In this document: positions 49,593 to 58,075 of the stretch, piece after piece
Position numbering within the stretch: position 1 is the first letter of the stretch
Layout of the letters: the number at the start of each line of letters is the position of its first letter
NCBI GenBank assembly: GCA_963743725.1
Contig: CAVURH010000008.1
Span: forward strand, 924 to 64,923
Source: an uncultured Solirubrobacterales bacterium
GTDB lineage: Bacteria; Actinomycetota; Thermoleophilia; Solirubrobacterales; Solirubrobacteraceae
Length of the DNA stretch: 64,000 nt
Direction of reading: 5' to 3'
Notes under the pieces: generated by a model
The model's input: only the letters and a program-made list of their open reading frames with translations
Databases searched by the model: none
Told to the model about the DNA's origin: nothing
Translations under genes and position numbers: made by a program

Positions 49593-50606
49593 CTAGCCCT
49601 CTTCCCTCAGACTCCCGATCCGCAGCGACCCGTCGGAGCCCGGGTCCGCCTCCTCGCCCGCCGAGTCGGCGGCACCGGGATCGGGCGGGTCGTCGAGGAA
49701 GCCGGCGCTCGGGACGAAGAACAGACTGCCGGTGACGGCGGTGGAGAAGTCGAGGATCCGGTCGTGGTTTCCGGGCGGCTTGCCGATGAACATGTTCCGC
49801 AGCATCTCCTCGATCACGTCCGGAGTGCGCGCATAGCCGATGAAGTACGTCCCGAACTCGCCCCTGCCGATGTTTCCGAACGGCATGTTGAGGCGGAGGA
49901 TCTGTCGCTCCTCGCCGTTCTCGTCCTCGATCACGTTCAGCGCGACGTGCGAGTTGGTGGGCTTGGCATCGTCAGCGAGCTCGATGTCGCTCAGCTTCGT
50001 GCGGCCGATCGCCAGCTCCTGTTCCTCCACCGTCAACGCGTCCCAGGCCTCGAGGTCGTGCAGGTACTTCTGCACGATCACGTAGCTGCCGCCGGCGAAG
50101 GCCGGGTCCTCGTCTCCGATCACGACGGCGTCGGCCGCCTCTGCGCCCTCCGGATTCTCGGTCCCGTCGACGAATCCGAGCAGGTCGCGCTCGTCGAAGG
50201 ACCGGAACCCGTGCACCTCATCCACCACGCGCGCGAACGCGCCAAGCCGGTCCATCAGCCGCTGGGCGAGCTCAAAGCAGAGATCGAGGCGGTGGGCGCG
50301 GATGTGGAAGAGCAGGTCGCCCGCCGTCGCCACCGCCCTGTGTCGGTCGCCCGCCAGCTCGATGAACGGGTGCAGCTCGGCCGGGCGCGGCGTCCCGAAC
50401 GTGCGGTCCCACAGCTCGGGCCCTATCCCGACAATGCAGCTCAGCTCGCCCTCGGGGATGCGAAAGCCGACCGACCGCCGCAGCGCGCTGGCATCGGCGA
50501 GCACGTCGCGGACGGCGTCCTCGGCTCCGGCGTCGACCGTGAGCACGAGAAAGATCGCCGACTCCGTGAGTGGGCTGAGCACGGATTGCGGGTCTGATCC
50601 TTCCAC
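49593..50606 (-). CDS. DyP-type peroxidase with C-terminal encapsulin cargo-loading peptide
   Basis: 337 aa. GFVDGTENP (GxxDG) and proximal-His region PTNSHVAL. C-terminus ..PGSDGSLRIGSLREEG. GTG start with GGAAGGTGGA upstream. Confidence 0.9.
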   Translation of the reverse strand: MEGSDPQSVLSPLTESAIFLVLTVDAGAEDAVRDVLADASALRRSVGFRIPEGELSCIVGIGPELWDRTFGTPRPAELHPFIELAGDRHRAVATAGDLLFHIRAHRLDLCFELAQRLMDRLGAFARVVDEVHGFRSFDERDLLGFVDGTENPEGAEAADAVVIGDEDPAFAGGSYVIVQKYLHDLEAWDALTVEEQELAIGRTKLSDIELADDAKPTNSHVALNVIEDENGEERQILRLNMPFGNIGRGEFGTYFIGYARTPDVIEEMLRNMFIGKPPGNHDRILDFSTAVTGSLFFVPSAGFLDDPPDPGAADSAGEEADPGSDGSLRIGSLREEG

Positions 50607-50666
50607 GGCGTTCCACCTTCCACTCGCGGTCGGTGAAGCCTACTCAGGCCCCCGCCGCCGGCGGTC

Positions 50667-51716
50667 TCAGAACACGAGCAGCATCAGGCCAACCGTCACC
50701 CCGGGACCGACCGTGACCATCAGCCCGCGTTCGCCTCGCGGCGGCCGCCGCCGCGAGATCGTCTCGCTGAGCACGTAGAAGATCGACGGCGTCCCCACGT
50801 TCCCGCGTGTCGCGAGCACGTCGTAGCTCACCTGGACCTCCTCGGGCGTCAGCTCGAGCGCGACCCGGACCCGATCGAGGATCCGGGGGCCGCCGGGGTG
50901 GATGATCCAGTGGTCGATCTCCCCGCGCAGAAGCCCGACCGACTCGAGAAACTCGTCGACCAGCTCGGGAAGCCCGCACGCCGCGACCTCGGGCAGATCC
51001 CGGTCCAGATGCAGGTAGCTGTCCTCGTCGCTCAGCTCCATCCGGACGGCTCCGAGAGTGCCCTCGATCTGGTGCACCTTCGACGCCGCGACGGCGGGCC
51101 CGCTCGTCCCGCGCTCGATCACGGCGGCCGCGCAGCCGTCGCCGAAGATCGCCGAGCCGACCGTCTTGGCGCGGTGGTCGCCGGGGGCGGCTCGCATCAG
51201 CAGCCCGCTCATGCTCTCGGCGGCGACGATCAGCCCCTTGCGGCCGGGATGAGCGTCGAGCGAGCCGGTCACTAGCCGCACGAGCGGCACCGCGCTTGCG
51301 CACCCGACCCCGACCACGTGGTACTTGTCGGTCGACGGATCCATTCCGAACACCTCCACGAGCCGGTGCGCGAGGGTCGGCCCCCCGAGGGAGTAGAGGC
51401 TCGAGGTCACGACCGTGCCGATCTCGGCCGGCGCCACATCGAGGCGCCGGACCGCGCCGACCGCGGCTTCGAACAGCTGCTCCTCGGTCCACGCCGTCCG
51501 GCCCTGGAGGGTCTGCGCGACCGTGCCCGGGCAGAGCCCCAGGCTGCGGCTGTCGACCGCGGCGCGGCCGAAGACCCCCTCGGCGAAGGAGTCTCCCTCG
51601 AGCCCGAGCGCTGAGAGCACCTCGCGTTGGGACATCATCGCCGTGGGCTCGACGACGGCGAGCCCACTGATCCTCGGCAGGTCGCTCAAGCTGCCTGCTG
51701 CCGGCCGGCCTGCCAT
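50667..51716 (-). CDS. Type III polyketide synthase (chalcone/stilbene synthase superfamily)
   Basis: 349 aa from the ATG at 51716. Catalytic Cys in VVGVGCASAV, His in WIIHPGGPRIL, Asn in TRGNVGTPSIFYVL. Confidence 0.9.
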   Translation of the reverse strand: MAGRPAAGSLSDLPRISGLAVVEPTAMMSQREVLSALGLEGDSFAEGVFGRAAVDSRSLGLCPGTVAQTLQGRTAWTEEQLFEAAVGAVRRLDVAPAEIGTVVTSSLYSLGGPTLAHRLVEVFGMDPSTDKYHVVGVGCASAVPLVRLVTGSLDAHPGRKGLIVAAESMSGLLMRAAPGDHRAKTVGSAIFGDGCAAAVIERGTSGPAVAASKVHQIEGTLGAVRMELSDEDSYLHLDRDLPEVAACGLPELVDEFLESVGLLRGEIDHWIIHPGGPRILDRVRVALELTPEEVQVSYDVLATRGNVGTPSIFYVLSETISRRRPPRGERGLMVTVGPGVTVGLMLLVF

Positions 51717-52387
51717 GAGCCGAGCGTCGTGATCGCGCCGCCGATTACGCGGTCGAGGAACGTGGCTCGATCGTTGGCGTGGGGGAGCGGCTCGGACGGG
51801 ACCGGCACACCGAGAAACTCGCACAGCGGCTCCCAGCCCTCCGACACCTCCCACACGAGCAGCCGCTCCGCCGGGACGACTTGCTTGACCTCCTCGTTGT
51901 GGGCCACGAACGCCTCCATCAGCGCCTCCGGCGAATGCCCGGCCGGGAACGTGCCCTGGTCGCTCCAGAACATCCGGTCGACGAATTCGAGGTAGCGCCG
52001 CCAGGAGGGATCGACATGGGCCCGAGCACTCGACAGCAGGCGGATCAGCGACTCGCCGTGGCACATGTCGACGATCGTCTCGCGGAAGCTCGGCTCCCAG
52101 CGCTCCGGATCGCGCACGCTCAGCAGCACCTTCGCATTCGGGAACGCGTCCACCAGGTCGCGGTAGAAGAACCCGCCCGGCCAGTCGACCGTGGAGCGCC
52201 AGCCCTCGAGGATCGAGCCCGGCTCGACACGTCCCTCCAGGGCCCCCTCCCACAGCGGGACCTGTGAGTCAAGGCCGGCCAGGACGTCGACCCAGTGGTA
52301 GCACGGCGCGAGCCCGAGCATCTCGAACGCCACCTTCTGCGTCAGCGTGCCGGTTCGCGGCAGCCCGGCTCCGATCAGCTCGACCAC
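51686..52387 (-). CDS. PAPS-dependent sulfotransferase (Sulfotransfer_4-like)
   Basis: 233 aa from the GTG at 52387. GAGLPRTGTLT (5'-phosphosulfate loop) and KVLLSVRDPERWEPSF. Its 3' end overlaps the T3PKS start by 31 nt. Confidence 0.75.
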   Translation of the reverse strand: MVELIGAGLPRTGTLTQKVAFEMLGLAPCYHWVDVLAGLDSQVPLWEGALEGRVEPGSILEGWRSTVDWPGGFFYRDLVDAFPNAKVLLSVRDPERWEPSFRETIVDMCHGESLIRLLSSARAHVDPSWRRYLEFVDRMFWSDQGTFPAGHSPEALMEAFVAHNEEVKQVVPAERLLVWEVSEGWEPLCEFLGVPVPSEPLPHANDRATFLDRVIGGAITTLGSWQAGRQQAA

Positions 52388-53190
52388 TATGCAGCCGCTC
52401 CGGTGGCCAGCGTCGACATCGGGCGCAGGCTCGCGGTCCCGTCGAGCATCAGCCGGCCGATCTGCTCCAGCTGTCCGCCGATTCGCAGCGAAGGTCCGAC
52501 GACGCCGATCGCGGCGCGTGGCCGGCCGGCGTCGAATATGACCGGCACCGCCACGCCGGAGACGCCGTCGAGGTACTCCTCCTCGGCGACGGCAAAGCCG
52601 TCTCGTCGCGCCGCCGCCAGGTCGCTGGCCATCTGCGCCCGATCGTGAGTCTTCTGGGTCAGCGCCGGGAGCGGCAGCCGCCCGAGCATGCTCTCGGCCT
52701 CGGCCGGCGAGAGTCCGATGAGCAGCGCCTTGCCCAGGGCGCCGGGCGGGATCGTCAGGCGCTGGCCGGCCATCGGGATCACGGACAGGGTCTGGGGGCT
52801 GATCCGCGTGCTCACGATCGTCAGCTCGAGCGTCTCCCAGTCGACCGCCGCGAGCATTACCGATTCCCCCGTGGTCGCCGCCAGCTCGTCGAGGATCGTG
52901 GAGCATGCGGTAACGACGTCGAGGTCGGCGCGGGCCAGGGCGCCGAGCTCGCTCAGCTTCAAGCCGAGCGAGTAGCGGCCGTCCTCTCCGTGCCGCATGA
53001 ACCCGAGCGCGACCAGCGAGCCGGCGAGCCGGTGCACGGTGGCCTTCGGCAGGCCGACCCGGTCCGCGAGATCACCCAGACCGAGCCGCGGCTCGGCGGC
53101 CGTGAAGGCCGAGAGCACGGCGCACGTACGCTCGACCGTCCGCGTCGTGTGCGCGCCGCCTGTCTCGACAGATGAAACGCGTTTCACCAA
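52387..53190 (-). CDS. IclR-family transcriptional regulator
   Basis: 267 aa. wHTH LGLGDLADRVGLPKATVHRLAGSLVALGF. C-terminal effector domain. The stop TAG shares one base with the next GTG (TAGTG). Confidence 0.9.
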   Translation of the reverse strand: MVKRVSSVETGGAHTTRTVERTCAVLSAFTAAEPRLGLGDLADRVGLPKATVHRLAGSLVALGFMRHGEDGRYSLGLKLSELGALARADLDVVTACSTILDELAATTGESVMLAAVDWETLELTIVSTRISPQTLSVIPMAGQRLTIPPGALGKALLIGLSPAEAESMLGRLPLPALTQKTHDRAQMASDLAAARRDGFAVAEEEYLDGVSGVAVPVIFDAGRPRAAIGVVGPSLRIGGQLEQIGRLMLDGTASLRPMSTLATGAAA

Positions 53191-53272
53191 TTGAAATATA
53201 CGCGCTGCGGCGGCGGTGGGCCGTAGTAGCCTTCCGCGCGCCGGGAGTCGGCATCATTGGACCGGAGGGCGC

Positions 53273-53890
53273 ATGTTCGGAACTCATCAGCTGCTCGAGC
53301 ACAGGCTCCGCAAGAGCGGAAAGTCGGCGCTCGCGAACGTGACCGCGTGCGAACGCAAGGAGACGATGCAGCAGAACGTCAACGCGGGCGTCGGCACGCC
53401 CAAGACCCTGTGCTACCTGGAGCTGCAGGTACAGCCGGAGGGCGAGCCGGGCTTCGAGGCCAAGACGGACGCTTGGCTGGTGGGCACGGAGGGCGCGCAT
53501 GTCGGAATGACCGTCCCGGTGCTCTACGACCCGTCAGATCACGGCAAGGTCGTGGTCGACAGCTCGGACGAGGCCTGGCGGCCGGCCGACAACGAGAACA
53601 CCTTCGCGAGGATCGCCGCCAGGGCGGCCGAGCGGGGCGAGGACCCGTCGCGGACGGCGGCGATGATGGAGATGAGGCGCGCGGCCCTCAGCGACCCGGA
53701 GGGATTCCGCAAGACGATGCGCGACCAGGGGCCCGCGGCGTTCGGCCTGCCCGGGCCACCGCAGACGTCCGCTCCGCCCCCGTCGCAGGATCCGCTCGAT
53801 CGGCTCTCGAAGCTGGCCGACCTTCACGAGCGCGGCGCCCTGACCGACGCCGAGTTCGAGGCGGAGAAGAAGAAGCTGCTCGGCAGCTAG
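53273..53890 (+). CDS. SHOCT-domain protein
   Basis: 205 aa from MFGTHQ. C-terminal DRLSKLADLHERGALTDAEFEAEKKKLL. Confidence 0.7.
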   Translation: MFGTHQLLEHRLRKSGKSALANVTACERKETMQQNVNAGVGTPKTLCYLELQVQPEGEPGFEAKTDAWLVGTEGAHVGMTVPVLYDPSDHGKVVVDSSDEAWRPADNENTFARIAARAAERGEDPSRTAAMMEMRRAALSDPEGFRKTMRDQGPAAFGLPGPPQTSAPPPSQDPLDRLSKLADLHERGALTDAEFEAEKKKLLGS

Positions 53891-54627
53891 CTGCCGTCGA
53901 GCGACGCGAGCGTTATCTCGAGCACCCGGTCCCAGTAGCGGCTGCCGTGCTCGGCGCTGGCGGCTGTTGGGTCGCCGATCACGCCGTTGTCGGCCAGCGA
54001 GTGGACCCCGCCGGTGAAGAGCCCGCCGACCGCCGTCTCGAGATCGCCCGTATAGCCTGGCTCGCCTCGCTCGAGGTGGACGAGCTCGGGATGGATCGCC
54101 GCGAGCATCGACGTCTCCCACTCCCCCGCGTGCAGGCCGCCCTGCTCCAACGGCACGTCGTACTGATCGGCGCCGAGCTGCGCAATCGCGAGCAGCGCCC
54201 CGAGGTCGATGAGCGCGCTGACCTCGATTCCCGGCGCATCGTCCAGCGCCTCGATCGCCTCCGCGAGCGGCCGGAAGTTCCCGCCGTGCGTCGGCAGCAG
54301 CACCACCCGGCGAAAGCCGCCGCGGGCGAGTGAGCGCACGACATCGGCGACGATCGCGTGGAAGGTCGGCTCAGACACCGACAGCGTCCCCGGGAACTCG
54401 AGGTGGTGCTCGGAGCAGCCGATCCTCACCGTCGGCGCCACGAACGCATCCAGCCGCTCGGCCACGAGCCGCGCCAGATGGTCTCCGATCAGCGCGTCCG
54501 TTGCGAGCGGCATGTGAGGTCCGTGCTGCTCAGTCGCGCCGAACGCGATCACGACCGTGTCCCGCCCGGCCTGTAGCTCCGCCCTCACCTCGGGCCAGGA
54601 CAGGCGGTCGAGCTCGAGCGCTCCCAT
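53887..54627 (-). CDS. Creatininase-family amidohydrolase
   Basis: 246 aa. VVIAFGATEQHGPHMPLATD, LLPTHGGN, HAGEWETS. Confidence 0.85.
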   Translation of the reverse strand: MGALELDRLSWPEVRAELQAGRDTVVIAFGATEQHGPHMPLATDALIGDHLARLVAERLDAFVAPTVRIGCSEHHLEFPGTLSVSEPTFHAIVADVVRSLARGGFRRVVLLPTHGGNFRPLAEAIEALDDAPGIEVSALIDLGALLAIAQLGADQYDVPLEQGGLHAGEWETSMLAAIHPELVHLERGEPGYTGDLETAVGGLFTGGVHSLADNGVIGDPTAASAEHGSRYWDRVLEITLASLDGS

Positions 54628-54636
54628 CCCGTCCGT

Positions 54637-55083
54637 TCAGCTCGCCTCAACCGCGGCCTTGATCCGCTCCGCGAGCGCGGGCGCGTCCTTGACCGCGGCC
54701 TTGGACGCGAATCCCACGATCAGCTTCCCGAACCCGTGGCCCTCGAACTGGTTGTGGATCGTCACCTTGGTCTGACCGTTGCCGACGTCCTCCAGGTCGT
54801 AGCCGCCGTCCGGGACCGTGACCGCGTTCTTCGAGCGCTCGGCCCAGCGGATCTTCGTCGGCGCCACGAGCTCCGTCAGCTCGAACTTCCGGCTGCTCTT
54901 CATACCGGCGTCCTTGACCGTGCTCTCGAACACTGTGCCGACTCCCACCGGCCCGTCGGTCGTCTTTCTGATCTCCTGGACGCGCGGGCTGAACTTGGGG
55001 TCGTTGGTCCCGTCAGCCAGGAACGCGAACACCTCGTTGATTGGGCGGTCGACCACCGCCGACCCCGTGAAACCATGTGCCAT
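54637..55083 (-). CDS. SRPBCC family protein
   Basis: 148 aa. VVDRPINEVFAFLADGTNDPKFSPRV. Confidence 0.8.
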   Translation of the reverse strand: MAHGFTGSAVVDRPINEVFAFLADGTNDPKFSPRVQEIRKTTDGPVGVGTVFESTVKDAGMKSSRKFELTELVAPTKIRWAERSKNAVTVPDGGYDLEDVGNGQTKVTIHNQFEGHGFGKLIVGFASKAAVKDAPALAERIKAAVEAS

Positions 55084-55285
55084 CCGGCCGTACTCCTTCC
55101 TCGACGACGTACCCCGGAGACCCTATACCGGGTGCCAAGCGGCCGACTCATATTTTCCGGCCTCGGTGCCGATAAACAAGCACCGAATCGTTGGCGGTCG
55201 CCCAGGCTGGAAGGGCCGCTGCGGCGGGTGAGCGTCGGCGCCTCACCGTCCGCCATCCGATCGGATCGGCCGTATCGTTGCCGGC

Positions 55286-56044
55286 ATGCTCGATCCCGAG
55301 AACGGGGCGCGGCGAACCGCTCGCGCGGTCAGGCGGATGGTGTCCTCGCCGCGGCGCGTGTGGGAGCGCGCGCTGCCCGGCGAGCTCGAGTTCTGGCGCC
55401 GCTACATCGAGACCCGGGGTCTCGACTTCCCGGACGAGTTCGACGCCCAGCTCGACCCGCAGGCGCCGATCCGGGACGAATTCCTGCTCGCCGCCGTCGA
55501 CCTCGTCGGCGGCCCGCTGGTCCGGATCCTCGACGTCGGCGCCGGCCCGCTCAGCGCAGTCGGACAGCGGGACCCCAGAGACCCGGATCGGCGCGTCGAG
55601 CTCGTCGCCGTTGACCCGCTCGGCGACGAGTACGCAAAGCTGCTGCTTGAGGCCGGTATCTCGCCGCCGGTCCTCACGCGCGCGTGTAGCGGCGAGGACC
55701 TGGTCGACGCTCTCGGTCGCGGCAGCTTCGACATCGCCTACGCCCGCAACTCGGTCGACCACGGGGTCGACGCGCCCGCGATCGTCGAGAACATGCTCGA
55801 CTGCGTTCGCGTCGGCGGCGCGGTCGTGCTCCACCACTACCGCCGCGAGGCGGAGAACATGCGCTACGAGGAGCTACATCAGTGGAACTTCGACGTACGC
55901 GACGAACGGCTGGTGCTGTTCGACCGCCGTCACAGCCACGACCTGACCGAGCGCTTCGCCGGCCGCGCCGAGACCACCGCGGTGATCCACGCGGGCGCGC
56001 ACCACGCGTCCTGGGTGGCCGCGACGATCGTGCGGCGGCGATGA
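55286..56044 (+). CDS. Class I SAM-dependent methyltransferase
   Basis: 252 aa. Motif I RILDVGAGP. FDIAYARNSVDH. VRVGGAVVL. Confidence 0.7.
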   Translation: MLDPENGARRTARAVRRMVSSPRRVWERALPGELEFWRRYIETRGLDFPDEFDAQLDPQAPIRDEFLLAAVDLVGGPLVRILDVGAGPLSAVGQRDPRDPDRRVELVAVDPLGDEYAKLLLEAGISPPVLTRACSGEDLVDALGRGSFDIAYARNSVDHGVDAPAIVENMLDCVRVGGAVVLHHYRREAENMRYEELHQWNFDVRDERLVLFDRRHSHDLTERFAGRAETTAVIHAGAHHASWVAATIVRRR

Positions 56045-56061
56045 GCCGCGCTCGCCGGCCG

Positions 56062-56624
56062 TCAGCACTTGTTGTTGTAACAGGCGAGCTGTATGTAGCG
56101 AAGCCGAGTCGCGGACGGTCCGACGCCGAACGAGGAGAAATGGGTGACGTTCAGCCCGCCGGGGCCGGTGCTGAACAGGTCGAAGCCGTTTACCCCGGTG
56201 GAGGTGTTCGCCTTGGCCGCCGGATAGGCGCGCTTGACCGCGGCCTTCTGCGACCCGAGATGGATGTTCTTGGCCGTCTTCCACTTCGACAGCGTGCCCG
56301 GCTTAAATTTCTCGCTCGTGCCGTTGTCGTTGCCGCGCTGATGGAGACCTCGATCACACCGCCCCCGGCGAAGCTGACCACCGCGCGTTCGGCATGGCCG
56401 GCCGAGCCGGGCCCGGTCCAGGTGCAGAAGCCCGCCATGCAGCCGGTCCTGCCCCAGAGGTGAAACACCTGCGCCTGCGTCATCCCGAGCTTGATCCCGG
56501 CGATCGACTTCCCCGGCACGATCAGCGTCCTCTTCGGGTGCGGGAGCCTGGCCGAACCGACCGCCGGCCATAGCGTCGCTCCGACCGCCATGACGCCGAC
56601 GGCAACCGCCGCTCTGCGAAGCAT
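56062..56624 (-). pseudogene. Secreted hypothetical protein, frameshift near 56338-56345
   Basis: GAGGAGG lies before the ATG at 56624. Signal peptide MLRRAAVAVGVMAVGATLWPAVGSA. ..GGGVIEVSIS continues as RGNDNGTSEKFKPGTLSKWKT..YIQLACYNNKC* in the ORF 56062..56571 frame. Length is 563 nt, which is 3n+2. Confidence 0.55.
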
Positions 56625-56728
56625 TGAGACCTCCTCTTCCCGGTTCCGGCGCCTCGGCCCCGCCAAAGCGCCGCTGCCGGTCAATCGTATGCCAGCGGCG
56701 GCCTCCTTACCAGCGATGATCTGCGGGA

Positions 56729-57847
56729 ATGCTGTGGCGCCCCACCGAGCACGAGCCGCTCACCAAGACGGCTTGGGACGAGTCGTTGGCCCGCGGCGCG
56801 ATCGATCGGATCGTGGCCGACGCCGAGGGCGCGGTGCGAGACGGCTTCTGGCCCGGGCACCCGCTCGACGAGCTCGAGCCCGACGAGCGCTTCTGCTCCC
56901 TGTATCTGGGGAGCGCGGGCATGGTGTGGGCGCTTCACCGGCTGGGATCCTCGCTCGATTGCGGCGCGGTGTTGAGCCTCGCGCTCGAGCATTACCGGAC
57001 CGCGCCCGATCTGGGGAGTGAGGCCCACCCTCCGAGCCTGTGGATGGGCGAGACGGGTGTGCTCGTGGTTGCGGCCGTCGTCGGTTCGCCCGACGCCGAC
57101 CGCGAGCGGCTCCGGGCGCTGATCCGCGAGAACCGCGCGCATCCGACATGGGAGCTGATGTGGGGCTCGCCCGGGACGATGCTCGCCGCGCGCGCCTGCG
57201 GGCTGGCGGACGAGTACGAGGAGAGCGCGCGTCTGCTGCTCGACGCCTGGGATGACGCCACCGGGCTGTGGACACAGCACCTGTACGGGAAGGTCAAGCG
57301 CTACCTGGGCCCGGCACACGGGTTCGCCGGCAATGCGCACGCGCTGCGCGGACAGCTGGACGAGGACGCGCTCCGCGCGCGGGTGACCGCGCCGCTCGAG
57401 CGCACCGCGGGTCGCGAGGACGGGTTGGTCAACTGGCCGCCCGAGGACCGGCCGCTGGATCAGCTCGCGGCCGAGGTCCGCGTGCAGTGGTGCCACGGCG
57501 CGCCGGGGATGATCGCCACGCTCGGCGACCTGATGCCGCGCGAGCTCGCGCTCGGCGGCGGCGAGCTGACGTGGCGGGCGGGACCGCTCCGCAAGGGTCC
57601 GGGGCTCTGCCACGGAACGGCCGGCAACGGCTTCGCCCTGCTCCGGCTGCACGAGCTCACGGGCGAAGCGAGGTGGCTCGAGCGCGCGCGACGGTTCGCG
57701 ATGCACGCAATGGAGCAGGTCGAGCGCGACCGGGCCCGCGTGGGCCACGGGCGCTACACGCTGTGGACCGGCGATGCCGGCGTCGCGCTGTACCTCGACG
57801 CCTGCCTGGAGGCCAACGCATGGCTACCGACCATCGACGGCTTCTGA
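56729..57847 (+). CDS. Standalone LanC-like (lanthionine synthetase C-like) protein
   Basis: 372 aa. LYLGSAGMVWAL, GPAHGFAGN, WCHGAPGM and GLCHGTAGNG, so the Zn-ligand Cys/Cys/His set is intact. Confidence 0.85.
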   Translation: MLWRPTEHEPLTKTAWDESLARGAIDRIVADAEGAVRDGFWPGHPLDELEPDERFCSLYLGSAGMVWALHRLGSSLDCGAVLSLALEHYRTAPDLGSEAHPPSLWMGETGVLVVAAVVGSPDADRERLRALIRENRAHPTWELMWGSPGTMLAARACGLADEYEESARLLLDAWDDATGLWTQHLYGKVKRYLGPAHGFAGNAHALRGQLDEDALRARVTAPLERTAGREDGLVNWPPEDRPLDQLAAEVRVQWCHGAPGMIATLGDLMPRELALGGGELTWRAGPLRKGPGLCHGTAGNGFALLRLHELTGEARWLERARRFAMHAMEQVERDRARVGHGRYTLWTGDAGVALYLDACLEANAWLPTIDGF

Positions 57848-58075
57848 GCTAAGCGGTCGCACCCGAGAACTAAGGGGAAAGTCGGCCCGGATGCCCGATG
57901 GCAGGCGACCGGCTTACGCCTACGGTTCTACTCATGAACACGCACCTGACCAACATGCTCGCTCAGCAGCGAAGCGCCGAGATGATGCAGGCCGCCGAGC
58001 GCTCGAGGCTCGCCGCCGGCACAGATGAACGGCAACGGCCTCGGTTCCCGCGTCCGCGCTGGCTACAGTCAGACC

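Noticed and set aside
48407-50597. Very long Arg/Pro/Ala-rich ORFs (48407..49486 minus, 359 aa; 49068..50597 plus, 509 aa). Similar ones occur at 24278..25348, 31245..32426, 40585..41841 and 46994..48403.
   Set aside because: They overlap well-supported genes in other frames or on the other strand. They have RPA-biased composition typical of off-frame translation in 70% GC DNA and carry no recognisable motifs.
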